From Eledone cirrhosa (taxonomy: Eukaryota), in the NCBI GenBank assembly GCA_964016885.1, contig OZ024746.1:27218001-27282000 (forward strand): a stretch of DNA of 64,000 bases. Direction: 5' to 3'. A program made the position numbers and the translations under genes. Below the pieces are notes generated by a model. It saw nothing but the letters and a program-made list of their open reading frames with translations, did no database searches and was not told the DNA's origin. Shown piece by piece: positions 41,826-56,062 of the stretch (positions are counted from its first letter, which is position 1; the number at the start of each line of letters is the position of its first letter).

Positions 41826-42491
41826 AATTATGTATGTATGGACCCGTATCTCCTGATCGAGTCGTAGGAGCGCGGTATTGACATACGGGTTTTCTTGGGC
41901 ATTTTAAGCTTGGGGAGCTCATTCCTTTCCATGCCTGAGTACAGTAGAAAAATAAAAAGTGAGATAAAGAGGGGAAATGAGAAAGGGATACAGAGGAAGA
42001 ATCCACCCCAGTACTAGACTGCTACTTTTTTTTTTTATCCATCTCGAAAGAATGAAAGGCAAAGTTGCCCTCGGCTGGATTTGAACTCAGAGAGCAGAGT
42101 GAAGGAACGAATACCATTAATCATTCTAGTGTGTGTGTGTTGTGTGTGTGTGTGTGTGTGTATAACATCGACCATGTAGAACGTAGTAAATGTCTCTGCC
42201 ACTGAGGATGTAGTGGGTGTATATAGTTATATAGATTACATATCGGGACAGCAGACGGAAAGAGCTGTTGATGAGGCCAACAGAAAGCTTGTGAAAATGT
42301 TAGTTGGCATATATGTGATTTTATTGTTTGGTGCTCGTCAAATACACTGACTCTTATTGTTGTTTCTATTCCTTTCATTTTTCGGGAACATTAATGAACA
42401 GGCTTTCTGCATCGTTGCCAAATATATCGCTTTCTCTTGTAGAATTTCCAAGAACTTCTCAGTTATATGTATATGAGTAAATAACCATGCA

Positions 42492-42572
<81 letters not shown>

Positions 42573-42637
42573 TATATACATTCATACACACATATATATA
42601 TATATATTATGAGATATATATTATGAGATATATATTA

Positions 42638-42725
<88 letters not shown>

Positions 42726-42795
42726 ATTAGAATGTAGTTGTGAAATATATACATATGTTATACCAGTTTATCAGTTTATGAAACTGAAAGATAAT

Positions 42796-42832
<37 letters not shown>

Positions 42833-42920
42833 GTGTGTTGTGTGTTTGTACATGAGTGCAACATTGTGACTATGTGTAAATTTACGCATCACATACTTAT
42901 ATAAACATGTTTAGTATAAA

Positions 42921-43190
42921 TAATTGTTTCTACTTTAGGCACAAAGCCAGCAATTATCCCAGTACATTACTGGTACTTTATTTTATCAACCCCGTAAGGA
43001 TGAAAGGCAAAGTTAACTTCGGCGGGATTTGAACTCAGGTCGTAAAGGGACGTAACTCTATGCCGTTAAGCATGGCGTCTGATCCTCTACCGATACTGCC
43101 AATCCACCGCCTTATAATTGTTTCTACTTTTGGCACAAGGCCAGCAATTATACCAGTGCATTACTGGTACTTTATTTTATCGACCACCGC
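42921..43190 (-). mobile_element. Main-family SINE plus adjacent internally deleted copy
   Basis: Full copy 42921-43111; partial copy 43115-43190. Confidence 0.85.
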
Positions 43191-43244
43191 CTTATCTTCT
43201 TATAATATATAACCAGCAATTTCTCTGTCTGTCTGTCCGACAGT

Positions 43245-43490
43245 GGAAACACGTGTGCGCGTGCGAATGTTTTTTGCGCACGCGTAGAGAGAGAGTGAGA
43301 GTGAAAGAAAGAGACAGACTACGAGAGGGGGATAGCGGGAGAGAGAGAGGGAGAGAGAGAGTGAATAGACGCTAAAACACGTGCGCGCGTGCGAATGTTT
43401 TTTGCGCACGCGTAGAGAGAGAGAGAGTGAGAGTGAAAGAAAGAGACAGACTACAAGAGGGGGATAGCGGGAGGGAGAGAGGGGGGAATT
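43245..43490. repeat. ~128-bp tandem duplication
   Basis: aaacacgtgtgcgcgtgcgaatgttttttgcgcacgcgtagagag occurs twice. Confidence 0.85.
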
Positions 43491-43574
43491 GAGGATTGCT
43501 ACAGAAACATATATACATTTCTGTGTGTGTGTAATATATATATATATACACACACAAAAATATATATACATTTC

Positions 43575-45070
43575 TGTATATCTACGCACTTGTTGCTGTG
43601 TGTGGTGTGTATATATATATACGTACGTGTTGCTGTGTATGGTGTGTATATATATACGTACGTGTTGCTGTCTATGGTGTGTATATCTACGCACTTGTTG
43701 CTGTCTATGGTGTGTATATCTACGCACTTGTTGCTGTGTGTGGTGTGTATATCTACGCACTTGTTGCTGTGTGTGGTGTGTATATCTACGCACTTGTTGC
43801 TGTGTGTGGTGTGTATATCTACGCACTTGTTGATGTGTGTGGTGTGTATATCTACGCACTTGTTGATGTGTGTGGTGTGTATATCTACGCACTTGTTGCA
43901 GTGTGTGGTGTGTATATTTACGCACTTGTTGCTGTGTATGGTGTGTATATCTACTCACGTATTTCTGTGTATGGTGTGTATATCTACGCACGTATTGCTG
44001 TATATGGTGTGTATATCTACGCATGTATTGCTGTGTATGGTGTGTATATCTACCAACGTGTTGCTGTGTGTGGTGTGTATATCTACCAACGTGTTGCTGT
44101 GTATGGTGTGTATATCTACGCACGTGTTGCTGTGTGTGGTGTGTATATCTACCAACGTGTTGCTGTGTGTGGTGTGTATATCTACCAACGTGTTGCTGTG
44201 TATGGTGTGTATATCTACGCTTGTGTTGCTGTGTATGGTGTGTATATCTACCAACGTGTTGCCGTGTGTGGTGTGTATATTTACGTACGTATTGCTGTGT
44301 ATGGTGTGTATATCTACCAACGTGTTGCCGTGTGTGGTGTGTATATCTACGCATGTATTGCTGTGTATGGTGTGTATATCTACGCATGTATTGCTGTGTA
44401 TGGTGTGTATATCTACCAACGTGTTGCTGTGTATGGTGTGTATATCTACGCACGTATTGCTGTGTATGGTCTGTATATCTACGCACGTATTGCTGTGTGT
44501 TGTGTGTATATTTACGCACGTATTGCTGTGTATGGTGTGTATATTTACGCACGTATTGCTGTGTATGGTGTGTATATCTACAAACGTGTTGCTGTGTATG
44601 GTTTGTATATCTACCAACGTATTGCTGTGTATGGTGTGTATATCTACGCACGTATTGCTGTGTATGGTGTGTATATCTACGCACGTGTTGCTGTGTGTGG
44701 TGTGTATATCTACGCATGTATTGCTGTGTATGGTGTGTATATCTACCAACGTGTTGCTGTGTATGGTGTGTATATCTACCAACGTATTGCTGTGTGTGGT
44801 GTGTATATCTACGCACGTATTGCTGTGTATGGTGTGTATATCTACGCACTTGTTGCTGTGTGTGGTGTGTATATCTACCAACGTGTTGCTGTCTATGGTG
44901 TGTATATCTACGCACGTATTGCTGTGTATGGTGTGTATATCTACCAACGTGTTACTGTGTGTGGTGTGTATATCTACGCACGTGTTACTGTGTATGGTGT
45001 GTATATCTACGCACATGTTGCTATGTGTGGTGTGTATATCTACTCACTTGCTGCTGTATGTGCTGTGTAT
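43575..45070. repeat. 33-bp satellite, about 45 units
   Basis: Unit gtatatctacgcac(t/g)tgttgctgtgt(g/a)tggtgt; explains the long periodic ORFs. Confidence 0.95.
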
Positions 45071-45607
45071 ATGTGAGCCGTCAGCCTTATAGATGTTTTG
45101 ATGTTATTGACGCCAAAAGGATAGGAACATAGGAATGACCGAAGCTAATTAGGTAAGCCTGTTAGTATTATCTTACACACACATCGAGTAGAATTGCCAA
45201 CTGGGCGACTTTACGTCTTTTTATAGCTATCCATTACAGAGTCAGTGTGTATACACATGTTCACATGTTCATCAGTTATACAGAAATCAATATCCTAGCG
45301 CTAAGTTGTAACGTACTTTGGAAATGCAATATGTTAAGTGAAGTATATTGGCTAAACTACGGCTTCATCTGATATACATGTTCAGGTAAATTTTGTCGTT
45401 TGCTAAAATTAGTGATGAGAATATCCTAGCAAGCCTTATGAAAATGGCTATTGGCTATTAGAAGATTATTAATCATTCCGTAATCAAATTTTCCGTCTTT
45501 TCTTACATTATCATGTACATCTGATGTTGTTCCAGAATGTTAACCTCTATCCCCTCCTTGCATTTCCTCTCCCCTTCTTCCTATCAATTCGATTGCAGCT
45601 TTCCTTC

Positions 45608-45609
45608 CT

Positions 45610-45692
<83 letters not shown>
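45608..45692. repeat. (TTTC)n microsatellite
   Basis: Direct observation. Confidence 0.95.
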
Positions 45693-46119
45693 GTTGTGTT
45701 ACATTTTCTCACTCATTTTTATCTGTCCATCTATCATTTTTCTATTTGCTCCTTATGTCTCCCTCTTTACAACAAAGCTAATCATATATTTGTATTAGCC
45801 GTGTCTCTTAGCTGTAGATATACCATTAGCCTTTTGATCTGTCTAGCATATATCAGCGAATTACTTAATATGGAGAATGGAAATGAAATTATCGAAAATT
45901 TATTTCGTCTTCTTAATTCCATTTCAAGTTTTATATTGCTATATTATCAGTTTAAAAGCATTAGTCACTAATGCAATCCAAGAGAAGATAAAACCTAATT
46001 TAATGAAATATTTCAGATATATTAAGTTAGAATTAGTTGCTGAGAATGAAATATATTTTCAAACACACATTGAAAAAGAATCATGTTGTCCTACTTGGTA
46101 GTTAATAATATCAGGATCA

Positions 46120-48715
46120 TCAACACCACTACCACCACCATCAACACCACTACCACCACCATGACTACATCAGCGCCACTACCACCACCATCAACACCAC
46201 TACCACCACCATGACTACATCAGCGCCACTACCACCACCATCAACACCACTACCATCACCATTAGCCCCACCACCATGACTACATCAGCACCACTATCAC
46301 CAGCATCAGCCCTACTACCACCACCATCAACACCACTACCACCACCATCAACACCACTACCACCACCATGACTACATCAGCCCCACTACCACCACTATCA
46401 ACACCACTACCACCACCATCAACACCACTACCACCACCATCAACACCACTACCACCACCATGACTACATCAGCCCCACTACCACCACCATCAACACCACT
46501 ACCATGACCATCAACACCACTACCACCACCATCAACACCACTACCACCACCATGACTACATCAGCCCCACTACCACCACTATCAACACCACTACCATCAC
46601 CATCATCACCACTACCACCACCATCAACACCACTACCACCACCATCAACACCACTACCACCACCATGACTACATCAGCCCCACTACCACCACCATCAACA
46701 CCACTACCACCACCATGACCATTACCACCACCACCATCAGCACCACTACCACCACCCCACCACCAGCACCAGTACCACCACCATCAACACCACTACCACC
46801 ACCATCAACACCACTACCACCACCATGAATACATCAGCACCACTATCACCACCATCAACACCATAACCATTACCACCCCCACCATCAGCACCACAACCAC
46901 CACCCCACCACCAGCACCACCACCACCACCATCAGCACCACTACCACCACCATGACCACCACCACCATCATCACCACTACCACCACCACAACATCAACAC
47001 CACTACCACCACCACAACATCAACACCACTACCACCACCATAACATCAAAACCACTACCACCACCACGGCAACATCAGTACCACTACCACTAGCATCATC
47101 ACCACTCCTACTACCCTTATCACCACTACCACCACGACAACATCAGCAGCACTACCACCACCCCAACAACATCCTCACCACTACGACCACCACCACTATC
47201 ATCACCACTACCACCACCACAACAACATCAACACCACTACCACTATCATCATCACCACTACCACAACCACGACAACATCAACACCACTACCACCACCACC
47301 ACCACGACAGCATCATCACCACTACCATCACCTTCAACACCATTACCACTATTATCAGCACCACTACCACGATCACCAGCACCACCACCACGATCACCAC
47401 CACTACTACCACGATCAACACCACTACTACCACCACCATTACCACCACTACCACCACAATCACCACCACCACCAATACCACGATCACCACCACTACTACC
47501 ACCACCACTACCACCACTACCACCACAATCACCACCACCACCACCACCAATACCACGATCACCACCACCACCACCACCACCACCACCACCACGATCACCA
47601 CCACCACCACCACCACCACCACCACCACGATCACCACCACTACTACCACGATCAACACCACTACTACCACCACCACTACCACCACTACCACCACGATCAC
47701 CACCACTACTACCACTACAACCACCACCACCAACACCACCACTACCGCCACCACGATCACCACCACTACCACCACCACCACTACCACCACTACCACCACT
47801 ACCACCACCACCACGATCACCACCACTACTACCACTACAACCACCACCACCACCACCACCACCACGATCACCACCACTACCACTACTACTACCACCACCA
47901 CGACGATCACCACCAATACCACCACGATCACCACCACTACCACCACCACGATCACCACCACTACCACCACCAGCACTACCACCACTACCACCACTATCAC
48001 CAGCACCACGATCACCACCACTACTACCACTACAACCACCACCACAACCACCACCACGATCACCACCACTACCACCACTACCACCACCACCACGATCACC
48101 ACCACTACTACGACTACAACCACCACCACCACCACCACGATCACCACCAGTACCACCACCACTACCACCACTACCACCACCACGACCACGATCAACACCA
48201 CTACTACCACTACAACCACCACCACCACCACCACGATCACCACCAGTACCACCACCAATACCACCACAACCACCACGATCACCACCAGTACCACCACGAT
48301 CACCACTACTACTACCACGATCACCACCACTAACACCATACCACCACTACCACCACCACTACCACCACTACAACCACCACTACCACCACTACAACCACAA
48401 CCACCACCACCACCACTGCCACCACTACCACCACCATCACCACCACTACCACCACTACAACCACCACCACCACTACCACCATACCACCACTACCACCACC
48501 ACTACCACCACTACCACCACTACAACCACCACCACCACTACCACCATACCACCACTACCACCACCACTACCACCACTACCACCACTACAACCACCACCAC
48601 CACTACCACCATGCCACCACTACCACCACCACTACCACCACTACCACTACTACAACCACCACCACCACCACCACCACTGCCACCACTACCACCACCATCA
48701 CCACCACCATCAACC
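46120..48715. repeat. ~2.6-kb (ACC)n-derived compound repeat
   Basis: Variants catcaacaccactaccaccac, atgactacatcagc, acgatcaccacc. Confidence 0.95.
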
Positions 48716-48716
48716 A

Positions 48717-50380
48717 AGCTAACCTCGGTGGGATTTGAACGCAGCAACAACAACATCAATAATAGTTCTGAATTTAGACACAAGATCAGTAATTTGAGGG
48801 GTGGGTGGGTGTTATCGATTAAATCGACACCAATATTTAACTAGTCTTTCATTTTATCGATCGGTGTAGGATGAAAGGCAAAGTTTACCTCAAAGGGTTT
48901 ACAACCCAGAACATAAAAAGTCCGTAACGAAATACCACATAACAATATTAATTATGGTTTCTAAGTTAGGCCCAAGAGCCGCTAAATTAACCTCCCAGGG
49001 ATTTGAACTCAGAACCTAAAGAGCTGTAAATAAATACTACAAAACATTTTTCCCCGATGTTCTAACAATTCTGCCAATCAATCACCCACAACATTATTAT
49101 TAATAACTATAAAAAGACGATAATTTTGTTTACTAGAGATATATAATTGTTTTTAAGGCCAGCAATTTGAAGAGGATGGGAAAGTCGATTAAATCGGACC
49201 AGTGTATCACTGGTACTTTATTTTATCAACTAGTAAGAATGAAAGGCGAAGCTAACCACGTTTGTAACTGAACTCAAAACGTAACTCTGTGGTGCAGTGC
49301 ATATTGTCTGACTCTCTACCAACCTACCGCCCAACTAAAAATGATTGTTCCTACTTTAGGCACAAGGCCAGCAATTACCCAGTGCATTACTGGTACTTTA
49401 TTTTATCGACCCCGTAAGGATGAAAGGCAAAGTCAACCTCGGCGGGATTTGAACTCAGATCGTAAAGGGACGTAACTATGCTGGAAAGCATGGCGTCCGA
49501 CCCTCTACCGATACTGCCAATCCACCGCCCGACTAAAAATAATTGTTTCTACGTTAGGCACAAGGCCAGCAATTACCCAGTGCGTTACCGGTACTTTATT
49601 TTATCGACCCCCGTAAGGATGAAAGGCAAAGTTAACCTTGGCGGGATTTGAACTCAGAATGGCAAGGGTCGTAACTCTATACGTCAAAGCATGGCGTCCG
49701 ACCCTCTACCGATACTGCCAATTCACCGCCCAACTAAAAATAATGCTTTCTGATTTAGGCACAAGGTCAATAATTTTTTGGGAGGGAAAAATCGATTAAA
49801 TCGACCACACTGCACTATTGGTATTTTATTTTATCGATCGGTAAATCACCACCACTACTACCACGATCACCACCACTACCACCATCACCACGATCACCTA
49901 CCACTACAACCACCACCACCACCACCACCACAACAACAATCGGCGGGATTTGAAGACAACGTAATGGTCTGTAAGTATATGCCGCAAAGCAGGATGTCTG
50001 ACGCTGTACCGATACTGCCAATTCACCGGCCCTAAAAATAATTGTTTCTACTTTTGGCACAAGGCCAGCAATTACCCAGTGCATTACTGGTACTTTATTC
50101 TATCGACCCCGTAAGGATGAAAGGCAAAGTTAACCTCGACAGGATTTGAACTCAGATCATACAGGGAGGTAACTCTATGCTTCAAAGCATGGCATCCGAC
50201 CCTCTAATGATTTCTAGTATAGGCACAATGCCAGTAATGTGGGAGGAGGGGAAAGTCGATTGAATCGACCCAAATCCTTTACTGGTACTTTATTTTATCG
50301 ACCCCATGTGCGATGAGATTTGAATTCAGAACGTAAGGAAACAAAAGATAATTTGTCCGACGCTCTAACGGTTCTGCCTT
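48717..50380 (-). mobile_element. Cluster of co-oriented SINE copies (tandem array)
   Basis: Young copies 49344-49530, 49540-49731, 50039-50205; older or chimeric copies flank them. Confidence 0.85.
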
Positions 50381-50656
50381 GCAAAAATAAGAATAAAAGA
50401 AACTTTGCAGTTTAATTATTGATTTCGAACTTACTTTAGCTTCACACTATATTTATGTAAGATAACAATCCAATTAAGGAAGCTGTGACAAGCGTTTGCA
50501 ACATCATTCCATCTCTTAGTTTAATAAGGCTAATCTATGAATGATTAGCAAATACGAAACCATTTGCATGCAGCTACCGATTCACAGAAAATAGTAGTTC
50601 ATATTCTGGTAGTTCATATTCTTAGTAGGTCTAATCTATAAAGATTAGAATATATG

Positions 50657-50731
<75 letters not shown>

Positions 50732-50785
50732 CGTTTCTGAATTTGTTTAGCAAGATTCTTTATCTGAAATCGTGTGTTGAAACCG

Positions 50786-50952
50786 ATATTGTTATACTTT
50801 GGGAGGGTCATGTTGCCAATAAGAAACACACGCACCAGAAATTTATAAGTTTGTAGATTTGTAAATTTATAAATTTATAAATATATAATAAATTGAAGTG
50901 AAAGCAAGTGGTGCGTGTGTTTCTTATTGGCAACATGACCCTCCCAAAGTAT

Positions 50953-50960
<8 letters not shown>
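50786..50960. repeat. Fold-back element between (TA)n tracts
   Basis: ~52-bp arms atattgttatactttgggagggtcatgttgccaataagaaacacacgcacca; related to 25662-25800. Confidence 0.75.
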
Positions 50961-50994
<34 letters not shown>

Positions 50995-51124
50995 ATAATA
51001 ATAAATTTGAAGACTAAAATCCAAAGAGGGCTCGATAAGGATAAATATATATCAAATATATAAGAACCGTAGAGCAAATATTGATTAAAATAACAGATTA
51101 AAGTTTAATCTGTTATTTTAATAA

Positions 51125-51191
<67 letters not shown>

Positions 51192-51262
51192 TATCCTGGG
51201 TTCAATCGCGGGTAACAACAGTCAGTAAGGTACTCAATACAAAGCAGGAGTATAAATATTTA

Positions 51263-51368
51263 ATATAGAAAAGGCTTCTACAGGACTAGAACTGTTTCAT
51301 TCGCGAGAAATCATGATGATTTCTCCCGAATGAAACAGTTCTAGTCATGTAGAAGCCTTTTCTATATA
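51263..51368. repeat. Palindrome centred inside a truncated hammerhead core
   Basis: Centre 51315; arm reads TGATGA-TTTCTCCCGAAT-GAAAC-AGTTCTA-GTC. Confidence 0.65.
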
Positions 51369-51369
51369 T

Positions 51370-51402
<33 letters not shown>

Positions 51403-51433
51403 GAAGTAGTAACACAACATTTAGTTCACCGTA

Positions 51434-51473
51434 CCGAGAACAATTGTTTCACCTTAGCGGATCTTCAGCTCGG
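51434..51473 (-). ncRNA. Minimal type I hammerhead (family J)
   Basis: CCGAG-CTGAAGA-TCCGCTAAGGT-GAAA-CAATTG-TT-CTCGG; 5-bp stem I; GUU triplet. Confidence 0.85.
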
Positions 51474-51539
51474 ATATTACTTTCCAGTGTTCTAACCCCC
51501 CCCCCCCCCTTCCCCCTCTCTCTCTCTGTATATATATAT

Positions 51540-51740
<201 letters not shown>

Positions 51741-51741
51741 T

Positions 51742-53203
51742 CAAAGGTCTGCTGAAAGGTTCATGGGCTGACCAAGATACTCTCAAGGATTGTGACCAAA
51801 TGAGATATATTTTTCAACATAGTCCCCTTTGCGATCCACACACTTCTTCTATCGAGGTTGCAGTGCTTGAAACCATTGGTGAAGAAACTTTCATCCTGTT
51901 GCTAAAAAAGTCATCAACAGCAGATATGACGTCATCATCACTGCGATACTGGTTCATAGCCAATTGTCTTTTATGCTGGAGAACAGATGATAGTTAGATG
52001 GAGCCAAATCAGGATAATAGGGAGGGTGATCAATCAGTTAAAAGCTACAGTCACACATAGAAGGCATTGAAACCAATGTCTTGTATGCTGGAGCATTCTT
52101 CTGATGAAACAAGATCCCCTTCGCCAGTGTTCCTGGGCGTTTGGTTTTGATAACCGTTCGTAACTGCTTCAGCAGGTTAGCATAGTACTCCCCTTTAAAG
52201 GTGTGACCCTTTTGAAGATAGTCAATAAACACAATGCCTTTTGCATCCCACAAAACTGAGGCCAGCACCTTCCCTGCAGATAAAACGACCTTGGCCTTCT
52301 TTGGTGCAAATCAGGAGGGTTGTTTCTACTGCATGGATTGTCCTTTTGTCTCTGGTTTAAAGTGATGAACCCAAGCTGGATCTGCTTCAAACAATGTCAG
52401 ATTTTACCGTGATGTGATCAACCTGGTGCGCTCTTGATTATGTGTCAGAAGACGTGACACTAAGCAGAAACCTTCGGCATGCCAAGTCCATTGTGCAAAA
52501 TATTCACAACTCTCTAATAATTGTTTCTACTTTTGGCACAAGGCCAGCAATTATCTCAGTGCATTACTGGTACTTTATTTTATCGACCCCGTAAGGATGA
52601 AAGGCAAACTTAACCTCGGTGGGATTTGAACTCAGAATGGAAAGGGACGTAACTCTATGCGTCAAAGCATGGCGTCCGACCCTCTACCGATACTGCCAAT
52701 CCACCGCCCTCTAATAATGTTAGATATTTGATTTATTGTCAATCGCCTGTCATCACACACCATGTGGTGAACACGATGAATGTTATCTTCCGTAGTGGCA
52801 GTTTCAAGACATCTAGACCTTGGGACATCTTCAAGACTTTCTCTTCCTCTCCTAAAATCAGCCGCCCACTTTTGTACTGTTGGTATAGCTGGTGCGTCAT
52901 CTCCTAGTCTAGCAACTATATCAGCTTGAATATTCTAGAGGTCTAAACCCTTTGTTTCCAGGTACTTGTTACACCATCATGCCAAATTGTGACCATTTTC
53001 AAGAGAAGTCGCTACTAATTACTTTTGAAGTCCACTTTGAACAGTCAGATACCAGTTTACTTGAAAAAAACCCCACAAAACAAAACTAACAAAACAATAA
53101 AGTTATTAATAAGGAAAGTTGAATTAATCGATGCAAGATTTCACAGCTCTAGCATCACTCCTTCATAGTATAGTCAACCTATGATCTTTTCAGCGCACAC
53201 TCG
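51742..53203 (-). mobile_element. Decayed mariner transposon
   Basis: Transposase remnants MLASVLWDAKGIVFIDYLQKG, GEYYANLL, LFHQKNAPAY; ~32-bp imperfect TIRs at 51742 and 53171-53203. Confidence 0.9.
52517..52708 (-). mobile_element. Main-family SINE nested in mariner
   Basis: 10-bp TSD ctctaataat at 52512-52521 and 52709-52718. Confidence 0.92.
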
Positions 53204-54565
53204 TATAGTGGTAAGAAACTCTTAGGGGAGCTGGACAGCAGAAGGTCTTCAGAGAAGAAACCTCACACAAGGAAGTGTTTCGGCCCTTAACTTTTACCAT
53301 ATATCTGGAGATCTTCCATTTACATATAGTCAACCTACAAATTTACAAATGCGCTAAACTTTACCAAATTATAGAGTTAGGTTAACGTATTTGAGTATAG
53401 GATAAGATCAGTTGATTTTACAAGCTTCCATTATAAATAAATAAACGTTCGTTGATTAAAATAATCTAAAAACTCTGTACTACTTCCCCCATCGTATTTA
53501 ACCGTGTATACATCTCATCAGGGAGCTCTTTGTGCTTTTCTTTACGTTTCAAAACATTATTTCATTGCACAAACTATTGAATTATCTTGGCTGAAAACTA
53601 CATTTCATGTATCGATTTTTCAGAACTTTTGTCGATGTATCCAATATTTGACAGCTGTTATAAAGCCCGTGTCATGGTTCATAATTTATAGAGAGGGGAT
53701 ATCTCTTTGTTGTCCCTTTTTACTTATTGAAATCTAATTTTATCATCTCTGCTTAATGTCTTAACGTACATAGATAAAAATCTCATTCGTTTATTCGTTT
53801 GTGAGTAGCTTGACAAAACTCCCCTGTGATTTCTCTATGAGAACGCAATCACACATACTTTCTGTTGTATGTATTTTAATGTTTGTTCACATTTTAGTGA
53901 AGTTAATCGCTAAAAGAAAAGAAAAAAAAAATCATCATAGAATAACTAAAGGATGATTGAAAGCCGAACTGTCAAAGTGCTCTCACAAAATCTGAAATGA
54001 TTGTCATAAATTAAGGAATGAAATTCACTGAGACTCTTGGATGCAATGCATAATTCCTATATCAATGTCATTCTGAAAGAACACACTTGTAAGGAATTGG
54101 TTTATGCTATGTTGGAAAAAGAAACCTTAGCAATTGTAAATGTAATTATATGATGTTTGTGTGTGTATGTTAACAAGTAGTTTGAGTTGTATTGAAGTGG
54201 TGAAAAAATGTCAGTCTTCTGATGACGATGGAATTTATCTTGTTATCCTATTTGCTGGCGGAATGTTCATTCAAATTGATGCGGGAAGTAAAACGAAAAA
54301 AATAATTTCTTTGATTCTGAAATGACATATACAATTCTGCAAGATGTCATACCGAGTTTGCAATCATCTCACAATTGTTAAAAATGAAAATGAAAATAAA
54401 ATTCTAAAATTACAATTAGTTTCCAAACTCACTCCCCTTTGGATGCCCGGTTTCAATGTTATATATTTTAGTTAAAACAGAAGAGGAAATACTGTAAAAT
54501 CAGAAAACAGGTAATTTCTATATGCTTGATATCACGCTGTTCTTTTTTTTGTTTTAGCACTAGGA

Positions 54566-54728
54566 TTAGATAAACTTGTTGGGTGCTATACATAACCCGT
54601 CTCTCTGTTTATCACCACCACCTGGTTCTTGGGTGCCTTTAAAGTCGTTCACTGTAGAGGTGCAAATATTGAGACCAGATATCAGATGTGATGATGACTT
54701 CCTCCTACGCCTCACTGGTTTCGGAGAC
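54566..54728 (-). CDS. Candidate last coding exon of unidentified host gene
   Basis: Acceptor tttttcaag; open frame SPKPVRRRRKSSSHLISGLNICTST...KFI*. Confidence 0.45.
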
Positions 54729-54835
54729 CTTGAAAAATAAAGAGTTATGTTTTTCTCTCCATGATTACGCTGTAAAATGAAGTCTTATTATATAAAAAAA
54801 CTACATTATTCAATGTCTTTCATCGTTTGACTCAC

Positions 54836-54872
54836 CGTAGGATGGCATTTAACATAAGTTTCATTGCTATAT
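54836..54872 (-). CDS. Candidate 37-bp exon
   Basis: AG acceptor, GTGAGT donor; (D)IAMKLMLNAIL(R); phase matches both neighbours. Confidence 0.45.
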
Positions 54873-55219
54873 CTAATAGGTCGCAGGTATACTTATAGGT
54901 TTCCTTATTGACTAAATATGGGAAAGTAGACTATAGCTAGAATGTTTTGTATTATTTGTTCCGGTTTCACTTTGCCTTTCATCCTTTTGAGGTCAAGAAA
55001 TAAAGTAACAGCCCAGTACTGGATTTGATTTTACCACTATCTCTACCGTTTTCCGTCCGTCTGTCTCTTTCTCTTTAAGGAATCATTTGTGTTCAGAAGT
55101 GGTTTAAATGTCCAAGACACACCGTATGACCTAATGGCGTCCCTATGACCCTCTCAGGGCCCATAGATGAATAGATGAAAGGGTGGATGTTATATTTTGT
55201 CTATTGTTTTTGAGGTTAG

Positions 55220-55505
55220 GGCATTCCACTCATGGTTGTAAGGCCGTGAGTTTTATTCTCAGCAGCACGTTGTGTGTCCTAGAGCAAAACACTTTGCTTT
55301 AGTTCATTAAAGTGGCAAAAATTAGTTGTATCTGCAATTCGAAGGGCCAGCTTTGTTATATTCTGAGTCACGCTGAATCTCCCTGAGAAGTACGTTAAGA
55401 GTAATGTATCTGTGGAATGCTCTGCTACTTGCATATTTCACAAGCAGACTGTTCCGTTGATCGCATCAACTGGAACACTCGTCGTCATAACCGATGGTTG
55501 CCACA
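55220..55505 (+). mobile_element. Second SINE family copy
   Basis: gtcacgctgaatctccctgagaag...ctgttccgttgatcgcatcaactggaacactcgtcgtc. Confidence 0.7.
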
Positions 55506-55644
55506 TGATATTGTAATGAATCATTTATCAGGCAGGGCATCAAGTATGTAAAATTCTATGAATAAGCATTCTGATGTAACTCTATGCTGTAATAAATCTG
55601 GTTTGAAATTTGATTTATCTCAATATCTTTTATCTAATAATTGC

Positions 55645-55718
55645 CTATTAAAACCGATGCAATTTCCTTTCTTGTACTGAACATAAAGTGGTTATTCTTG
55701 CTGTTTCTTGATAATTTA
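55645..55718 (-). CDS. Candidate 74-bp exon (GC donor)
   Basis: AG acceptor; KLSRNSKNNHFMFSTRKEIASVLI; donor AG|GCAATT; phase-compatible. Confidence 0.35.
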
Positions 55719-56027
55719 CTACAATATAATTCCTATCCTTTCATTTTTTCAATGAATTATATAGTTGCTGCTTTTGTTGTTGTTTTTGTTGTTGTTGTCT
55801 TTGTTGTTGTAGTTGTAGTAGTTGTTGTTGTTTGTGTTGTTATTGTTGTTTCTGTTGTTGTTTTTCTGTCGAGCTAAGCTGCTAGAATAACATTATCGTA
55901 TGTGGAAGAAAACGAAAGAAAAGACGACAGCTATAATAGGAAATAAACGCAAATACATAAATATTAATACAAGTAAACGAAAGTGTAATTAACAGAAACA
56001 CAGACACACACACAGACACACAGACAT

Positions 56028-56062
<35 letters not shown>

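Noticed and set aside
43575-45070. CRISPR-like periodicity
   Set aside because: Contiguous units with no unique spacers, eukaryotic context, no cas genes.
43200-45132. Long ORFs of 353-571 aa on both strands
   Set aside because: Translation of a 33-bp satellite; open in five frames, no coding signal.
46952-48844. 630-aa Thr/Pro-rich mucin-like ORF
   Set aside because: (ACC)n repeat that shifts frame and ends in SINE sequence; no signal peptide or domains.
54836-54872. Resemblance of IAMKLMLNAI to the GCKR/MurQ-type K-x-x-L-N segment
   Set aside because: The expected following STG residues are absent, so no gene name is assigned.
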